From NCBI GenBank assembly GCA_050485645.1, contig JBJHBT010000004.1, positions 54,220-118,219 on the forward strand: a stretch of 64,000 bases of DNA, written 5' to 3'. Below, in pieces: positions 40,494-50,309 of the stretch (position 1 is its first letter; every line of letters starts with the position of its first letter). Under the pieces are notes generated by a model, which saw only the letters and a list, made by a program, of their open reading frames with translations, was not told the DNA's origin and did not search any database. Both the position numbers and the translations under genes were made by a program. Origin of the DNA: Gammaproteobacteria bacterium. GTDB lineage: Bacteria > Pseudomonadota > Gammaproteobacteria > Steroidobacterales > Rariloculaceae.

Positions 40494-41858
40494 TTATTCG
40501 TAGCGCGACAGCTGCTTCGGATCGAAGGCTTCGCGTACCGATTCACCAATGAACACCACCAGCACCAGTGTGATGGTGATGGCGCCGAACGGTGCCAGTG
40601 TGAGCCAGAGACGGTCCCGGTTCTCCGGCTGCAACGCCTGATCGATCAGCTCACCCCAGCTTGGTGTGGGCGCCGGCAGTCCGTAACCAAGGTAGTCCAG
40701 ACCTGTCAGCGCGAACACCGCGCCCACGATGGCGAACGGGGTGAACGTCACCAGGGGTGTCAGACAGTTTGGCAACAGATGGCGGAAAATGATCCGTAAA
40801 TGTGAGGCGCCGTATGAGCGTGCCGCCAGACAGTACTCGCGCGTCTTCTCGCGGTACATCTCGGTGCGCATGTAGAAGGTGATCGTGATCCATTGAAATA
40901 TGGCCATGATCAGCAGCAGCAGCCAGAATGTGGGCGCAAACAGCGCTGCCATGATGATGACCACGTACAGAAACGGCACCGCGATCAGGACTTCGATCAG
41001 GCGCTGACTGACGATATCGAACTTGCCGCCCAGGTAGCCCTGCAGACTGCCGATGGCCACGCCGATCGCCTGGCCGAACAGCACCAGGAACAGCGCAAAG
41101 AAAATCGAGATGCGGAAGCCGTACAGCAGGCGGGAGGCCACATCGCGTCCCTGGGAGTCGGTACCGAAGTAGTGCCGCCGACGCAGGTCGGGTGCGGTTG
41201 GCGGCACCTGGCCAAGGCCGTGCACCCATGGCAGTGAGCCGGTCAGCGTCAGGCCGATCAGATCGCCGGTTGCCGAATGGTCGGGATCGGCCAGCACGGA
41301 TTCGATCTCGCCGCTGTGGATGAGATCGGCCAGCTCGTCGAGACGGTCGCGACGCGCCATCCACTCGGCCAGAACCGGGTCGCCGTCATCCAGCGCCAGC
41401 TGTATCTCGTGCAGAATTTCGTTGTACCAGAAGTCACTCTGGTACGGGTCCCAGGGTATGGGCGGCATGACCACATGGTTGCGACGATTCGGGTAGCGCG
41501 CCTCGAGCGCGGCCAGTGCATCCGGATCGTCGCCGATGGCTGTGCGTTCGCGGTTGTACAGGAAGCGCTCTGTTCGCCATTCACGCTGCAGGCGCAGATA
41601 CTCGGTTTCCAGGTCGACCATGTTCCACGCCGGTGGCGGCGCCTGCCCGAAGGTTTCCATGCTGATGTACTGGAAGGTGGGCAGGTAGGGCCGGCCTTCG
41701 TACCAGACCAGCAGTGCCCGGCTCTCGGCCAGGTAGGGTGCGAAGATGGACAGCACGATGGCGGCGCACAGGATCAGCAGCGAGTAGTAGCCGCGTCGGA
41801 TGCGGCGGAAGCGTTCAATGCGTCGCCGCGTGATCGGATCGATGCGCAACCATGCCAT
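40494..41858 (-). CDS. Peptide ABC permease (YejE-like) with enlarged periplasmic loop
   Basis: RFRRIRRGYYS, GTDSQGRDV, PTPSWGEL, GESVREAFDP. Confidence 0.88.
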   Translation of the reverse strand: MAWLRIDPITRRRIERFRRIRRGYYSLLILCAAIVLSIFAPYLAESRALLVWYEGRPYLPTFQYISMETFGQAPPPAWNMVDLETEYLRLQREWRTERFLYNRERTAIGDDPDALAALEARYPNRRNHVVMPPIPWDPYQSDFWYNEILHEIQLALDDGDPVLAEWMARRDRLDELADLIHSGEIESVLADPDHSATGDLIGLTLTGSLPWVHGLGQVPPTAPDLRRRHYFGTDSQGRDVASRLLYGFRISIFFALFLVLFGQAIGVAIGSLQGYLGGKFDIVSQRLIEVLIAVPFLYVVIIMAALFAPTFWLLLLIMAIFQWITITFYMRTEMYREKTREYCLAARSYGASHLRIIFRHLLPNCLTPLVTFTPFAIVGAVFALTGLDYLGYGLPAPTPSWGELIDQALQPENRDRLWLTLAPFGAITITLVLVVFIGESVREAFDPKQLSRYE

Positions 41859-41864
41859 GGAGGG

Positions 41865-42887
41865 TTACTCGAAGCGTACACGCGGATCGACGGTGGCGAC
41901 CGCCAGATCCGACAACAGATTGCCCAGCATGAGAATGACGCTGGAAATCACCAGAAAGCCCATCACGATCGGAAAGTCGCGTGCCTGGATCGCTTCGAAA
42001 GACAGCAGCCCCACACCCTGGATGTTGAATACGCGCTCGATCAGGAAACTGCCGGTAAGGAAAATGCCCAGCAGGCCGCCGATGCTGGTCGCGAGCGGTA
42101 TCAGCGAATTGCGCAGCGCGTGCACGAACACCGCCCGGCGGCGTGTCAGTCCCTTGGCCAGGGCCGTGCGCACATAGTCGGAGCTCATGTTCTCGATCAG
42201 GCTGTTTTTCATCAGCATTGTGGTAATGGCGAACGAGCCGGCCAGATAGGCGATCAGCGGCAGTATCGAGTGCCAGAGGATGTCGCGTATCTGCGCGAAC
42301 AGCGACATATCGGCGAAGTCCGGCGAGCGGAAGCCGCCGAGCGGGAAAATTCCGTACCGTACGGCGAGCAGATTGCTGAGCACGGCGCCCAGCGCGAAGC
42401 CGGGGACGGCATAGCCGACGAAGATCAGCACCGACGTCATGTTGTCCACGTAGGTGCGGTGGCGGATCGCCTTGAGGATGCCCAGCGGAATGCAGATGCC
42501 ATAGGTGAAGAACGCCGTCATCAGGCCGTAGTAGATCGATATCGGCAGCCGTTCGACGATGACGTCGATGACCGGCTCGTTGTAGCGGAACGACTCGCCC
42601 AGGTTCAGCCGTACGGCGTCCCACAGCCAGCCGCCATACGCCACGAGGAAGGGTTTGTCGAAGCCATAGTATTCCCTCAGGCGCGCAAGCTGTTCTTCGG
42701 GGATGTCGAGCTGGACGCGGACGTTGCCCGCGGCGGCGGCTTCGCCCATCCCGCCGCCGGCCATGGCCAGCCGCAACTGGTCGATCTGACCGCCGGGTAC
42801 GAACTGACACAGCAGGAAGGTGAAAAACGTGATTCCGAGGAACGTCGGAATCATCAGCAGCAGTCGACGCGCGACATAGTCGCGCAA
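41865..42887 (-). CDS. Peptide ABC permease (YejB-like)
   Basis: YVARRLLLMIPT, YYGFDKP, YVRTALAKG, DPRVRFE; TTG start. Confidence 0.88.
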   Translation of the reverse strand: MRDYVARRLLLMIPTFLGITFFTFLLCQFVPGGQIDQLRLAMAGGGMGEAAAAGNVRVQLDIPEEQLARLREYYGFDKPFLVAYGGWLWDAVRLNLGESFRYNEPVIDVIVERLPISIYYGLMTAFFTYGICIPLGILKAIRHRTYVDNMTSVLIFVGYAVPGFALGAVLSNLLAVRYGIFPLGGFRSPDFADMSLFAQIRDILWHSILPLIAYLAGSFAITTMLMKNSLIENMSSDYVRTALAKGLTRRRAVFVHALRNSLIPLATSIGGLLGIFLTGSFLIERVFNIQGVGLLSFEAIQARDFPIVMGFLVISSVILMLGNLLSDLAVATVDPRVRFE

Positions 42888-43241
42888 GGCCTCTCCACGT
42901 GACTTCAATTCTGCCTCACCCCGACCTCGCCGTGATATGACTGCCCCGCAAGAATAGCAAGGGCAGGGGCGCTCCACGAGATTGATTGACGGATTTTCGC
43001 CCCGGATCTGCACTTCGGTGGAGCACGGCGCCGGGTCGGGCCAGCAGCGGGCATCGGATTCGCGTGCCTGATCGGGATGCTCATGGTTCGACCCGCGAAT
43101 ATCCACTAGAATGCTCGGCCCCATGAGCATCGGATTCCAGTACTTGACCGGCGGGACACGTCTCGCTGCGCCGGATACGGCCTGTTGCCGTGCCGTGGCT
43201 GTGCGTGCCGGCAGCGGACTGTCGCAAGGCGGGGATGTCTG

Positions 43242-44756
43242 GTGACCGACGCTGCATTGATCTGGCTCTCGTTCGGCGTGCCGCTCGGGGGTATGGCGGC
43301 TATCCTCGCGACCCGGCGACTGCCGGCTCTGCGCGACACCATCACGGTGCTGACAGCACTGGCGATGTTCCTCTCGGTGGCGCAGCTGCTGCCGCGCGTG
43401 ATGGCAGGTGGCCGCCCGGAGGCGCTGCTGCTCGAGCTGGTTCCCGGCCTGACCATCGCATTCGCCGTGGAGCCGCTGGGCATGATGTTCGCGCTGCTGT
43501 CATCGGGCCTGTGGGTGATCACGGCGCTGTATGGCATCGGCTATATGCGTGGCGCGAAGGAGAGGCACCACACGCGGTTTCACGCGTTCTTCGCGATTTC
43601 GCTATTCAGCGCAACTGGAATAGCTTTCGCGCAGAACATGCTGACACTGTTCGTTTTTTATGAGCTCCTGACGCTGGCGACATACCCGCTGGTCGCCCAC
43701 AAGGGCACCGACGAGGCCAGACGCGGTGCGCGCACCTATCTTGGCCTGCTGCTGGGCACCTCGATCGGCTTCCTGCTGCCGGGCATGATTCTCACCTGGT
43801 GGCAGGCGGGCACGCTGGATTTCCAGGCCGGGGGCATCCTGTCCGGTGTGGCCGCGGGCACCGGTGCGCTGCTGCTGGTGCTGTACATGTACGGCATCGG
43901 CAAGGCGGCGCTGATGCCGTTTCACCGCTGGCTGCCGGCGGCCATGGTGGCGCCGACGCCGGTGTCGGCGCTGCTGCACGCCGTGGCCGTCGTCAAGGCC
44001 GGCGTGTTCACGGTGCTGAAGGTCAGCATCTACCTGTTCGGGCTCGACTATCTGCGCGAGCTGTGGACCAGCGAGCTGATGCTTTACATCGCCACGTTCA
44101 CGCTGCTGGCGGCGTCGCTGGTGGCGATGGGTAAGGACAACCTGAAGGCAAGGCTGGCGTATTCCACGGTCAGCCAGCTGTCGTACATTGTCGTGGCTGC
44201 CATGCTGGTGAGCCAGGTGGCGGCGATTGGCGGCTCCATGCATATCGTCATGCACGCTTTCGGCAAGATCACGCTGTTCTTCTGCGCCGGCGCCATCTAT
44301 GTGGCCACGAAGAAGACCGAGATCAGCCAGATGGATGGCCTGGGACGGCGCATGCCGTTCACCTTCGCGGCGTTTTTCCTCGGCGCGCTGTGCGTGATCG
44401 GCATCCCGCCCATGGGCGGCGTGTGGAGCAAGTGGCATCTGTTCATGGGGGCATTCGATGCCGGCTACGTGCTGGTTGTCGCCGTGCTGATGCTGAGCAC
44501 GCTGTTGAACATCGCCTACCTGATTCCGCCGGTGGTGCGGGCCTTTCTGTATGCACCGGCGCCTGCTGATGGCTCTGCTGGTGGCGCTGCCGGTGGCGCG
44601 GGCGATGCCGCTGCGGGCCTGCGAGAGGCGCCACTGTTGTGCGTGGTGCCGCTGTGCCTGACGGCGCTCGGCGGCGTTGCCTTGTTCTTCTTCGCGCCGA
44701 CACTGGCTGAGTTCCTGTCGGGCATGTTCACGACCGTGCAGACTGTCACGGGCTAG
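43242..44756 (+). CDS. MrpD/NuoL-like cation/H+ antiporter subunit
   Basis: FYELLT, WLPAAMVAPTPVSALLHAVAVVK, RLAYSTVSQL. Confidence 0.88.
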   Translation: MTDAALIWLSFGVPLGGMAAILATRRLPALRDTITVLTALAMFLSVAQLLPRVMAGGRPEALLLELVPGLTIAFAVEPLGMMFALLSSGLWVITALYGIGYMRGAKERHHTRFHAFFAISLFSATGIAFAQNMLTLFVFYELLTLATYPLVAHKGTDEARRGARTYLGLLLGTSIGFLLPGMILTWWQAGTLDFQAGGILSGVAAGTGALLLVLYMYGIGKAALMPFHRWLPAAMVAPTPVSALLHAVAVVKAGVFTVLKVSIYLFGLDYLRELWTSELMLYIATFTLLAASLVAMGKDNLKARLAYSTVSQLSYIVVAAMLVSQVAAIGGSMHIVMHAFGKITLFFCAGAIYVATKKTEISQMDGLGRRMPFTFAAFFLGALCVIGIPPMGGVWSKWHLFMGAFDAGYVLVVAVLMLSTLLNIAYLIPPVVRAFLYAPAPADGSAGGAAGGAGDAAAGLREAPLLCVVPLCLTALGGVALFFFAPTLAEFLSGMFTTVQTVTG

Positions 44757-44769
44757 GGACGGAACGGAT

Positions 44770-45072
44770 ATGCATCTGGGCAAACTGCTGGAAGCGCTGG
44801 TCAACCGCGGCAAGCTGCTGCGGCGCATCATGTACGTGCTGCTGGCGGGGCTGGTGATCGCCGATATCCTGATTCCGTCGGCCTACGACCGCTTCCCGTG
44901 GGAAAGCATCGGTGGGTTCGGCGCGTTCTACGGTTTCGCCTCCTGCGTGCTGATCATCGTGGTGTCCAAGGCGCTCGGCTATCTCGCGCTGTATCGTAAC
45001 GAGAATTACTACGACGACGCCGGCGACGCATCCGGCGTCGGCCATCGTGATCGCGATGGAGGTAGCTCATGA
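44770..45072 (+). CDS. Small 2-TM protein between the MrpD-like genes
   Basis: WESIGGFGAFYGFASC, RNENYYD; coupled to the next gene. Confidence 0.75.
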   Translation: MHLGKLLEALVNRGKLLRRIMYVLLAGLVIADILIPSAYDRFPWESIGGFGAFYGFASCVLIIVVSKALGYLALYRNENYYDDAGDASGVGHRDRDGGSS

Positions 45073-46763
45073 GCGGAGCTTTCGGCGCCGTGCTGCATCC
45101 GTCGCTGCTGCTGTTCACTGGTGCGATCGTCATTGCCATGCTGCGCGGTCGTGCGCAGCAGGTGGGCATGCTGGCGCTGTCGGTGCTGGTGATCGCCGCC
45201 GTGCATACGCTGCCCACCGGCAGCTTCGGCACGCTGCAGCTGTTCGGCCTGGAGCTTGCGCCCATGCGCGTGGACTCGCTGAGCATGGTGTTCGCCTCGG
45301 TGTTCTCCATCATCACGCTGATCGCATCGATCTATGCGCTGCACGTGAAGGACACCGGCCAGCATGTCGCGGCCTATGTCTACGCAGGCTCAGCCCTGGG
45401 CGTGGTGTTCGCCGGCGATCTGGTCACGCTGTACGTGTTCTGGGAGCTGATGGTGTTCTCGTCCGTATGGCTGATCTGGTGCCGGCGCAATCCGGTGTCC
45501 ATGGCCGCCGGGTTCCGCTATCTGCTCGTGCATGCGGCCGGCGGTGTCGTGCTGCTCGGCGGTGTGATCCTGTATGCGATGCAGACGGGCTCAGTGACGT
45601 TCGATCGCATCGACGCCGGGGATCTCGCGTTTTATCTGATCCTGGTCGGATTCATGATTAACGCGGCGGTGCCGCCGCTGCATGCCTGGCTGTCGGATGC
45701 CTATCCGGAGGCCACCGTCACCGGCGCGATCTTCATGAGCGCGCTGACGACCAAGACCGCGGTCTACACGCTGATTCGCGGCTTCCCGGGCACGGAGCTG
45801 CTGATCTGGCTGGGCGTGATCATGGCGCTGTGGGGCGTGGTGTACGCGGTGCTCGCCAACGACATTCGTCGCCTGCTGGCGTATCACATCATCAGCCAGG
45901 TCGGTTACATGGTGGCCGGCGTCGGCATGGGCACGACGATGGCGCTGAACGGCGCCGCCTCGCATGCGTATACGCACATTCTTTACAAGGCGCTGCTGTT
46001 CATGGGCGCAGGTGCCGTGATTCACATGACCGGCCGCGCGAAGCTGACCGAGCTCGGCGGGCTGTATCGCTGGATGCCGATCACGCTGCTGTTGTATATG
46101 GTGGGCGCCTTCTCGATTTCGGCGTTCCCGCTGTTCTCCGGCTTCGTCAGCAAGACCATGGTCGTGGAGGCGGCGGCGCTGGACGGTCGCGCCTGGGTGT
46201 GGCTGCTGCTGTCGCTGGCCTCCGCCGGCACGTTCCTGCACACAGGACTCAAGCTGCCGTGGTTTACGTTCTTCGGTAAGGATTCGGGTCTGCGTCCGAA
46301 GGAAGCGCCGCCGAACATGCTGATCGCGATGGCGATCGCCGCGGCGCTGTGCGTGTTCATCGGCGTGTATCCGGACCCGATGTACGCACTGATGCCGGCC
46401 GTGGTCGACTACAACCCGTACACCACCGGCCACATTCTTTGGGAGCTGCAGCTGCTGCTGTTCACCGGCGTCGGCTTCTTTATGCTGCTGCGTCATGTGG
46501 GCGGCGAGGCGAAGATCAGCATCGATACCGACTGGGTCTACCGCAAGCTGCTGCCGGTCACGGCCCGCTTCGTGCGCGACATCGGCAACCTGCTCTGGCA
46601 GGCCACGTTGGGCGCACTGATGGATCGCATGCGCTGGGTCATGGCGAATCTGTCGCGCTACCACGGCCCGAAGGGCGTGCTCGCCAGCACCTGGCCCACC
46701 GGCAGCATGGTGCTGTGGGTGGCGGTGATACTGGTGGCATCGCTGTTGATCTACTACCTGTAG
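45069..46763 (+). CDS. mrpD: Na+/H+ antiporter subunit D-like protein
   Basis: FWELM, HAWLSDAYPEA, TTKTAVY, RRLLAYHIISQVG. Confidence 0.88.
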   Translation: MSGAFGAVLHPSLLLFTGAIVIAMLRGRAQQVGMLALSVLVIAAVHTLPTGSFGTLQLFGLELAPMRVDSLSMVFASVFSIITLIASIYALHVKDTGQHVAAYVYAGSALGVVFAGDLVTLYVFWELMVFSSVWLIWCRRNPVSMAAGFRYLLVHAAGGVVLLGGVILYAMQTGSVTFDRIDAGDLAFYLILVGFMINAAVPPLHAWLSDAYPEATVTGAIFMSALTTKTAVYTLIRGFPGTELLIWLGVIMALWGVVYAVLANDIRRLLAYHIISQVGYMVAGVGMGTTMALNGAASHAYTHILYKALLFMGAGAVIHMTGRAKLTELGGLYRWMPITLLLYMVGAFSISAFPLFSGFVSKTMVVEAAALDGRAWVWLLLSLASAGTFLHTGLKLPWFTFFGKDSGLRPKEAPPNMLIAMAIAAALCVFIGVYPDPMYALMPAVVDYNPYTTGHILWELQLLLFTGVGFFMLLRHVGGEAKISIDTDWVYRKLLPVTARFVRDIGNLLWQATLGALMDRMRWVMANLSRYHGPKGVLASTWPTGSMVLWVAVILVASLLIYYL

Positions 46764-46782
46764 GGTGAGATCGCGCTTCAGC
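46744..46782 (+). repeat. 39-bp direct repeat over the mrpD stop (att-like, left copy)
   Basis: TGTTGATCTACTACCTGTAGGGTGAGATCGCGCTTCAGC, identical at 61922-61960. Confidence 0.9.
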
Positions 46783-46848
46783 GGAAGCGGCATCTTTCTG
46801 GAACGCGCAGCTGACCGACCTCTAGCCCCGGAGGCGGTCCCCATCGGT

Positions 46849-46907
46849 CATAACGGCCATTCCGCGTATCAAGCCTGGCCGGAACAGGCGGGTTAAAATG
46901 CCTATCC
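46849..46907 (+). repeat. 59-bp repeat, copy 1 (right end of the 278-bp repeat)
   Basis: CATAACGGCCATTCCGCGTATCAAGCCTGG...ATGCCTATCC; near-identical at 48579-48637 and 55266-55324. Confidence 0.9.
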
Positions 46908-47136
46908 ACTGAACTCGATGGCCTATTTTTGAAAGGTCATGTTCAACCTTTCAGGCGCTCATACGCCTGCTTGACCGTGCGTAGCTCCTCAGGCGCGCAT
47001 CTTCACACTTCTGAATGGTCAATTCAGGGTGTCCACTAAACCGTAGAACCGCCACGTCCGTCTTCAGCCGGCGTTATGCGGCACCCGCGCGCCGCCTGTT
47101 TCTTCCGTCCACCTAATTTCGTCACCCGGCTAACGT

Positions 47137-47165
47137 TTGACAGCCATAGTAAACTAGTTTACGTT
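47137..47165 (+). promoter_or_regulatory. Sigma70-type promoter with overlapping palindromic operator
   Basis: TTGACA-17bp-TACGTT; perfect palindrome GTAAACTAGTTTAC at 47149-47162. Confidence 0.7.
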
Positions 47166-47210
47166 ACAAACCTATGAGAGCGGTAGCAGGGTGAAGAACG
47201 GGAGGGGCTC

Positions 47211-47858
47211 ATGGCTGAAGGTATTCAACAGGCGAAGGATGACATCGCCTTCATCAAGGGATTTCTGGGGAGCGATGGCCGGGCACCAGTGGCCGTTGGG
47301 CATTTCTACTTGCTGCTCGGTGTCGTTGTCTCTGCCCATGCATTGCGGGAATTCGGCCTCGACATGGGCTGGGAGCTGCCCAGCCTCCTCACCGCGTACA
47401 AGCCGTGGGATATGCTGGGCTTGTTTCTCATCGGCATTGGCATCAGCTGCACACTCATGTGGCGGCACGGCCAGGCATTGCCGGACGACCCGCGAGACCT
47501 CAATCCTGCTTCGCGCGCTGCCCTCTCGGCCTGGGGCGCGGTGAGTTTTTCCGTTGTCGCCGGCGGCTTCAGCCTCTGGCTTGCGCTTGGCGTCGAAGGG
47601 CTGCCGGTCTCAGGAACGATCCTTTTCGCCGTTGGATACAGCATAGGCTGGAGTGTGACTCACACCGTTCACCGTGTAGGGTGGCACAAACTCGTCGCCT
47701 GGGGTTTCATCGTCTGGGCCGTGGCGATCGGCGCGGTGGCGGGATCGCCCTGGCTGACACTCGTGATCGCTCTCGGCCTGCTATTGCTCTTCGCCGTTCC
47801 AGGGTTTCGCATCATCCGGGAGGCCGGCGCGTCTCGGCAGGCTGGCGCCAGGGACTAG
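47211..47858 (+). CDS. Hypothetical multi-pass membrane protein
   Basis: About 6 hydrophobic segments; GGGAGG RBS. Confidence 0.8.
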   Translation: MAEGIQQAKDDIAFIKGFLGSDGRAPVAVGHFYLLLGVVVSAHALREFGLDMGWELPSLLTAYKPWDMLGLFLIGIGISCTLMWRHGQALPDDPRDLNPASRAALSAWGAVSFSVVAGGFSLWLALGVEGLPVSGTILFAVGYSIGWSVTHTVHRVGWHKLVAWGFIVWAVAIGAVAGSPWLTLVIALGLLLLFAVPGFRIIREAGASRQAGARD

Positions 47859-47861
47859 CCG

Positions 47862-48164
47862 GTGGCCGCCTTTGACATCGACAGCATCGACGATGTTATT
47901 CACGGCCGGCTGCGCCTGGGAATCATGGCGCATTTGGTCAATGCGGGCGTGGCGGATTTTAATGAGCTGAAGTCCGTGCTGGGCGCCACACAAGGCAATC
48001 TCTCGGTGCATCTGCGCAAGCTGGAGGACGCCGGCTACGTCACCATCGAAAAGGGCTATCTCGGACGCAAGCCCAACACAAAGGCGCGGCTGACGACGAA
48101 AGGCCGTAAGGCCTTCGCCGCTTATCTCGACGGCCTGAGCCGATTGATCGATGACGCGCGGTAA
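47862..48164 (+). CDS. Winged-helix transcriptional regulator (HTH_34/MarR-like)
   Basis: IHGRLRLGIM, TQGNLSVHLRKLEDAGY, TTKGRKAF. Confidence 0.88.
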   Translation: MAAFDIDSIDDVIHGRLRLGIMAHLVNAGVADFNELKSVLGATQGNLSVHLRKLEDAGYVTIEKGYLGRKPNTKARLTTKGRKAFAAYLDGLSRLIDDAR

Positions 48165-48359
48165 TTACCGATGGCGAGCCATCTGATTGTGCCAAGGTGC
48201 GCGTGGTGCGGCTAGCGCGCCCATCAGTCCCGCGAACTCTTGACCGGCTGGGCGATCATTGCGCAGCATGCGCCGACAGCGCGATATGTCGAGGGAGGAG
48301 GAGCGAATGGCGGAGATGTTTGCCGGCGTGCGCTGCCGGCGCATCCGAGCCGCGCGCCG

Positions 48360-48637
48360 CCGCAGGGTGAGCTGTCGATCTGATCCGCTCTCCACGCTCT
48401 CCACCGCCCGGGGCACCGCGCTGCGACGGGCAGGTTTTGGCTTCTGTCAGGCGGTCGTCCGTGCGCAGCGGCATTTCCAGCAGAAAGGGGAAGATTCTGA
48501 CGCCGATGGCGATCCCGACCGAGCCGCCAGTGCAAATCCAGCCGGCCCCAATCGATCACGGGCGGGCCCGCGAACTCACATAACGGCCATTCCGCGTATC
48601 AAGCCTGGCGGGAACAGGCGGGTCGAAATGCCTATCC
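48360..48637 (+). repeat. 278-bp dispersed repeat, copy A
   Basis: Gap-free alignment to 55047-55324, about 84% identity by hand count. Confidence 0.9.
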
Positions 48638-48672
48638 CCTGGAATATGTGAGCGTGCTTCTTCCGAAAGAAA

Positions 48673-48701
48673 TTGACTAAAACTCTAGACAATGGTATAT
48701 A
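48673..48701 (+). promoter_or_regulatory. Putative sigma70 promoter of the Cys-rich gene
   Basis: TTGACT-17bp-TATATA with upstream TG. Confidence 0.55.
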
Positions 48702-48736
48702 CAGTGACAACGTAATCGCGGAATAGGGGCGTTTCA

Positions 48737-49027
48737 ATGAAATCCATAACCCGTATATATTTCTCGATCATAATGTTGCTATCATGCGGAATAACTTACG
48801 CATGCATGAATTTCGACTTCGGCTCGCCGCACTGGCCCCTGTGGAATTGGGCATGTGATTACCCAGAAGATAGTGATTGCGGGTGGGACGAATTGTGCAT
48901 TCGGGTCTGGTGCGGTCACGATAGCTGCCAGTATCCCATTCAAGGCTACGCGCAAGGCTGCGGCAGCCACAGTTTGTGCGTTTATGTTTACTACAACGCT
49001 TGTATTGGCGGTGGGCTTTGCACGTAG
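48737..49027 (+). CDS. Secreted Cys/Trp-rich miniprotein
   Basis: Signal-like N-terminus; 10 Cys in the last 74 aa; AGGGG RBS; promoter upstream. Confidence 0.7.
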   Translation: MKSITRIYFSIIMLLSCGITYACMNFDFGSPHWPLWNWACDYPEDSDCGWDELCIRVWCGHDSCQYPIQGYAQGCGSHSLCVYVYYNACIGGGLCT

Positions 49028-49200
49028 TGCGGCGGGGTAGCGTGCGTAGCCGATGATGGGCACGTATGGTAGGTGCTTTGGTCCACAGTCTACCCGGAAT
49101 TTCTGTCCTCAATTTTTTCGCTAATTCTTTTTAGCGGGCCATAGGAACAGTCGCTATCTATGTCTAAGAGACTTCGTTGCAAGGATTTTGGAGAGTCACT

Positions 49201-49944
49201 ATGAGAACGCTTACTTGGACCGCGATCTTGGCCGTTGTATCCGCTGCCTCAACACTTGGAATGTTTCAGCTGTTCGCGCAAGATGGGGCAGCGCTACGTG
49301 TGCCGCTGACGCTCGAATATTCTGAACAGACGTTCTTGAGTACTGGCGAGGTCAGGCAAGTTCGGTTAACTCACGCCGTGCGCGATGACGGGTCAACGGT
49401 CGAGGCGACGCAGTACCGGGACGAGGACGGTGTACTGCAAGAGGTAAGATCGATAGTGGACTTGGATGCGGCCACAAAGACTGTGGTAGCGTCAGCGGCG
49501 AGATCTACCACAACCTACTATTACACCGAGCAACAAGTTGGAAACATTCGCGGGCAGCATTTTCAATGCGCCGATGGCGTGCCGACAGACGATTTGGTTC
49601 TCGGTTACCATGTGCGCTCGCGTACAGATGATCTGACCACGCCGTTAGGTGACGGCTACAAGAGCATCACCTACAACGCTCCTGAACTCGGATGTTTGCC
49701 ACTCGTCGCTGATCTGTTCAAGATCGGACAGGACGGTTCGGAGCGGAGAGTAAAGCACACGAGCGTCGTCGCGATTAGTCTCGGAGAGCCCGACGCGACG
49801 CTTTTCGTCGTCCCTTCTGACTATGCCGAGCTGTCGCCGGCAGAATATGCAGCAACGGTTGCGCCGTCACCGGATCTTGATAGCAATCTCTTAGTCGACA
49901 GTCTAGAGTCCAACTACCGGACCAATCGGTCCAACATCAATTGA
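49201..49944 (+). CDS. Exported hypothetical protein (possibly LolA/DUF4412-like fold)
   Basis: Signal peptide, GGAGAG RBS, beta-rich, EPDATLFVVPSDY. Confidence 0.7.
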   Translation: MRTLTWTAILAVVSAASTLGMFQLFAQDGAALRVPLTLEYSEQTFLSTGEVRQVRLTHAVRDDGSTVEATQYRDEDGVLQEVRSIVDLDAATKTVVASAARSTTTYYYTEQQVGNIRGQHFQCADGVPTDDLVLGYHVRSRTDDLTTPLGDGYKSITYNAPELGCLPLVADLFKIGQDGSERRVKHTSVVAISLGEPDATLFVVPSDYAELSPAEYAATVAPSPDLDSNLLVDSLESNYRTNRSNIN

Positions 49945-50098
49945 TCGGCCAACGCCACTGTCCGCTATCCATTCCTTGGCAAGGCCGCACTTGAGATTTG
50001 ACCGGTCTGTTGAAGGCGCGACTTCCTGTGCGACTCTTGAAAGCGCTGGCAACGCGTTTGGCTCCACAAAAAAATTGTAGGGTGCCGTGGTCTCCAAA

Positions 50099-50305
50099 CT
50101 ACCTCCCGGCGCTGCGTATCTCGATCAGATTCTCACCGTCGTTCAAACGGATGACCGTCCAACCGCCGCTTGCAGCGAAGTTCAGGATGCTACCATCGCC
50201 GGATTCGGGCAGCCCGACTTCCCGAACCGCTGTGGCCGAGAAGCCCTGCTTACCCAGCCAACGGGCGAGCGAGGGCGGCAACTGGGCATCCACAAGGTAG
50301 CGCAA
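50099..50305 (-). pseudogene. DUF5615/VapC45-like PIN toxin, internally deleted
   Basis: YLVDAQLP start; only 68 aa; lacks the T-x-D-x-D-F motif. Confidence 0.7.
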
Positions 50306-50309
50306 AGGC

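Noticed and set aside
47027-47053. IS3-like terminal repeat GGGTGTCCACTAAACCG
   Set aside because: Short resemblance only; no partner repeat or transposase adjacent
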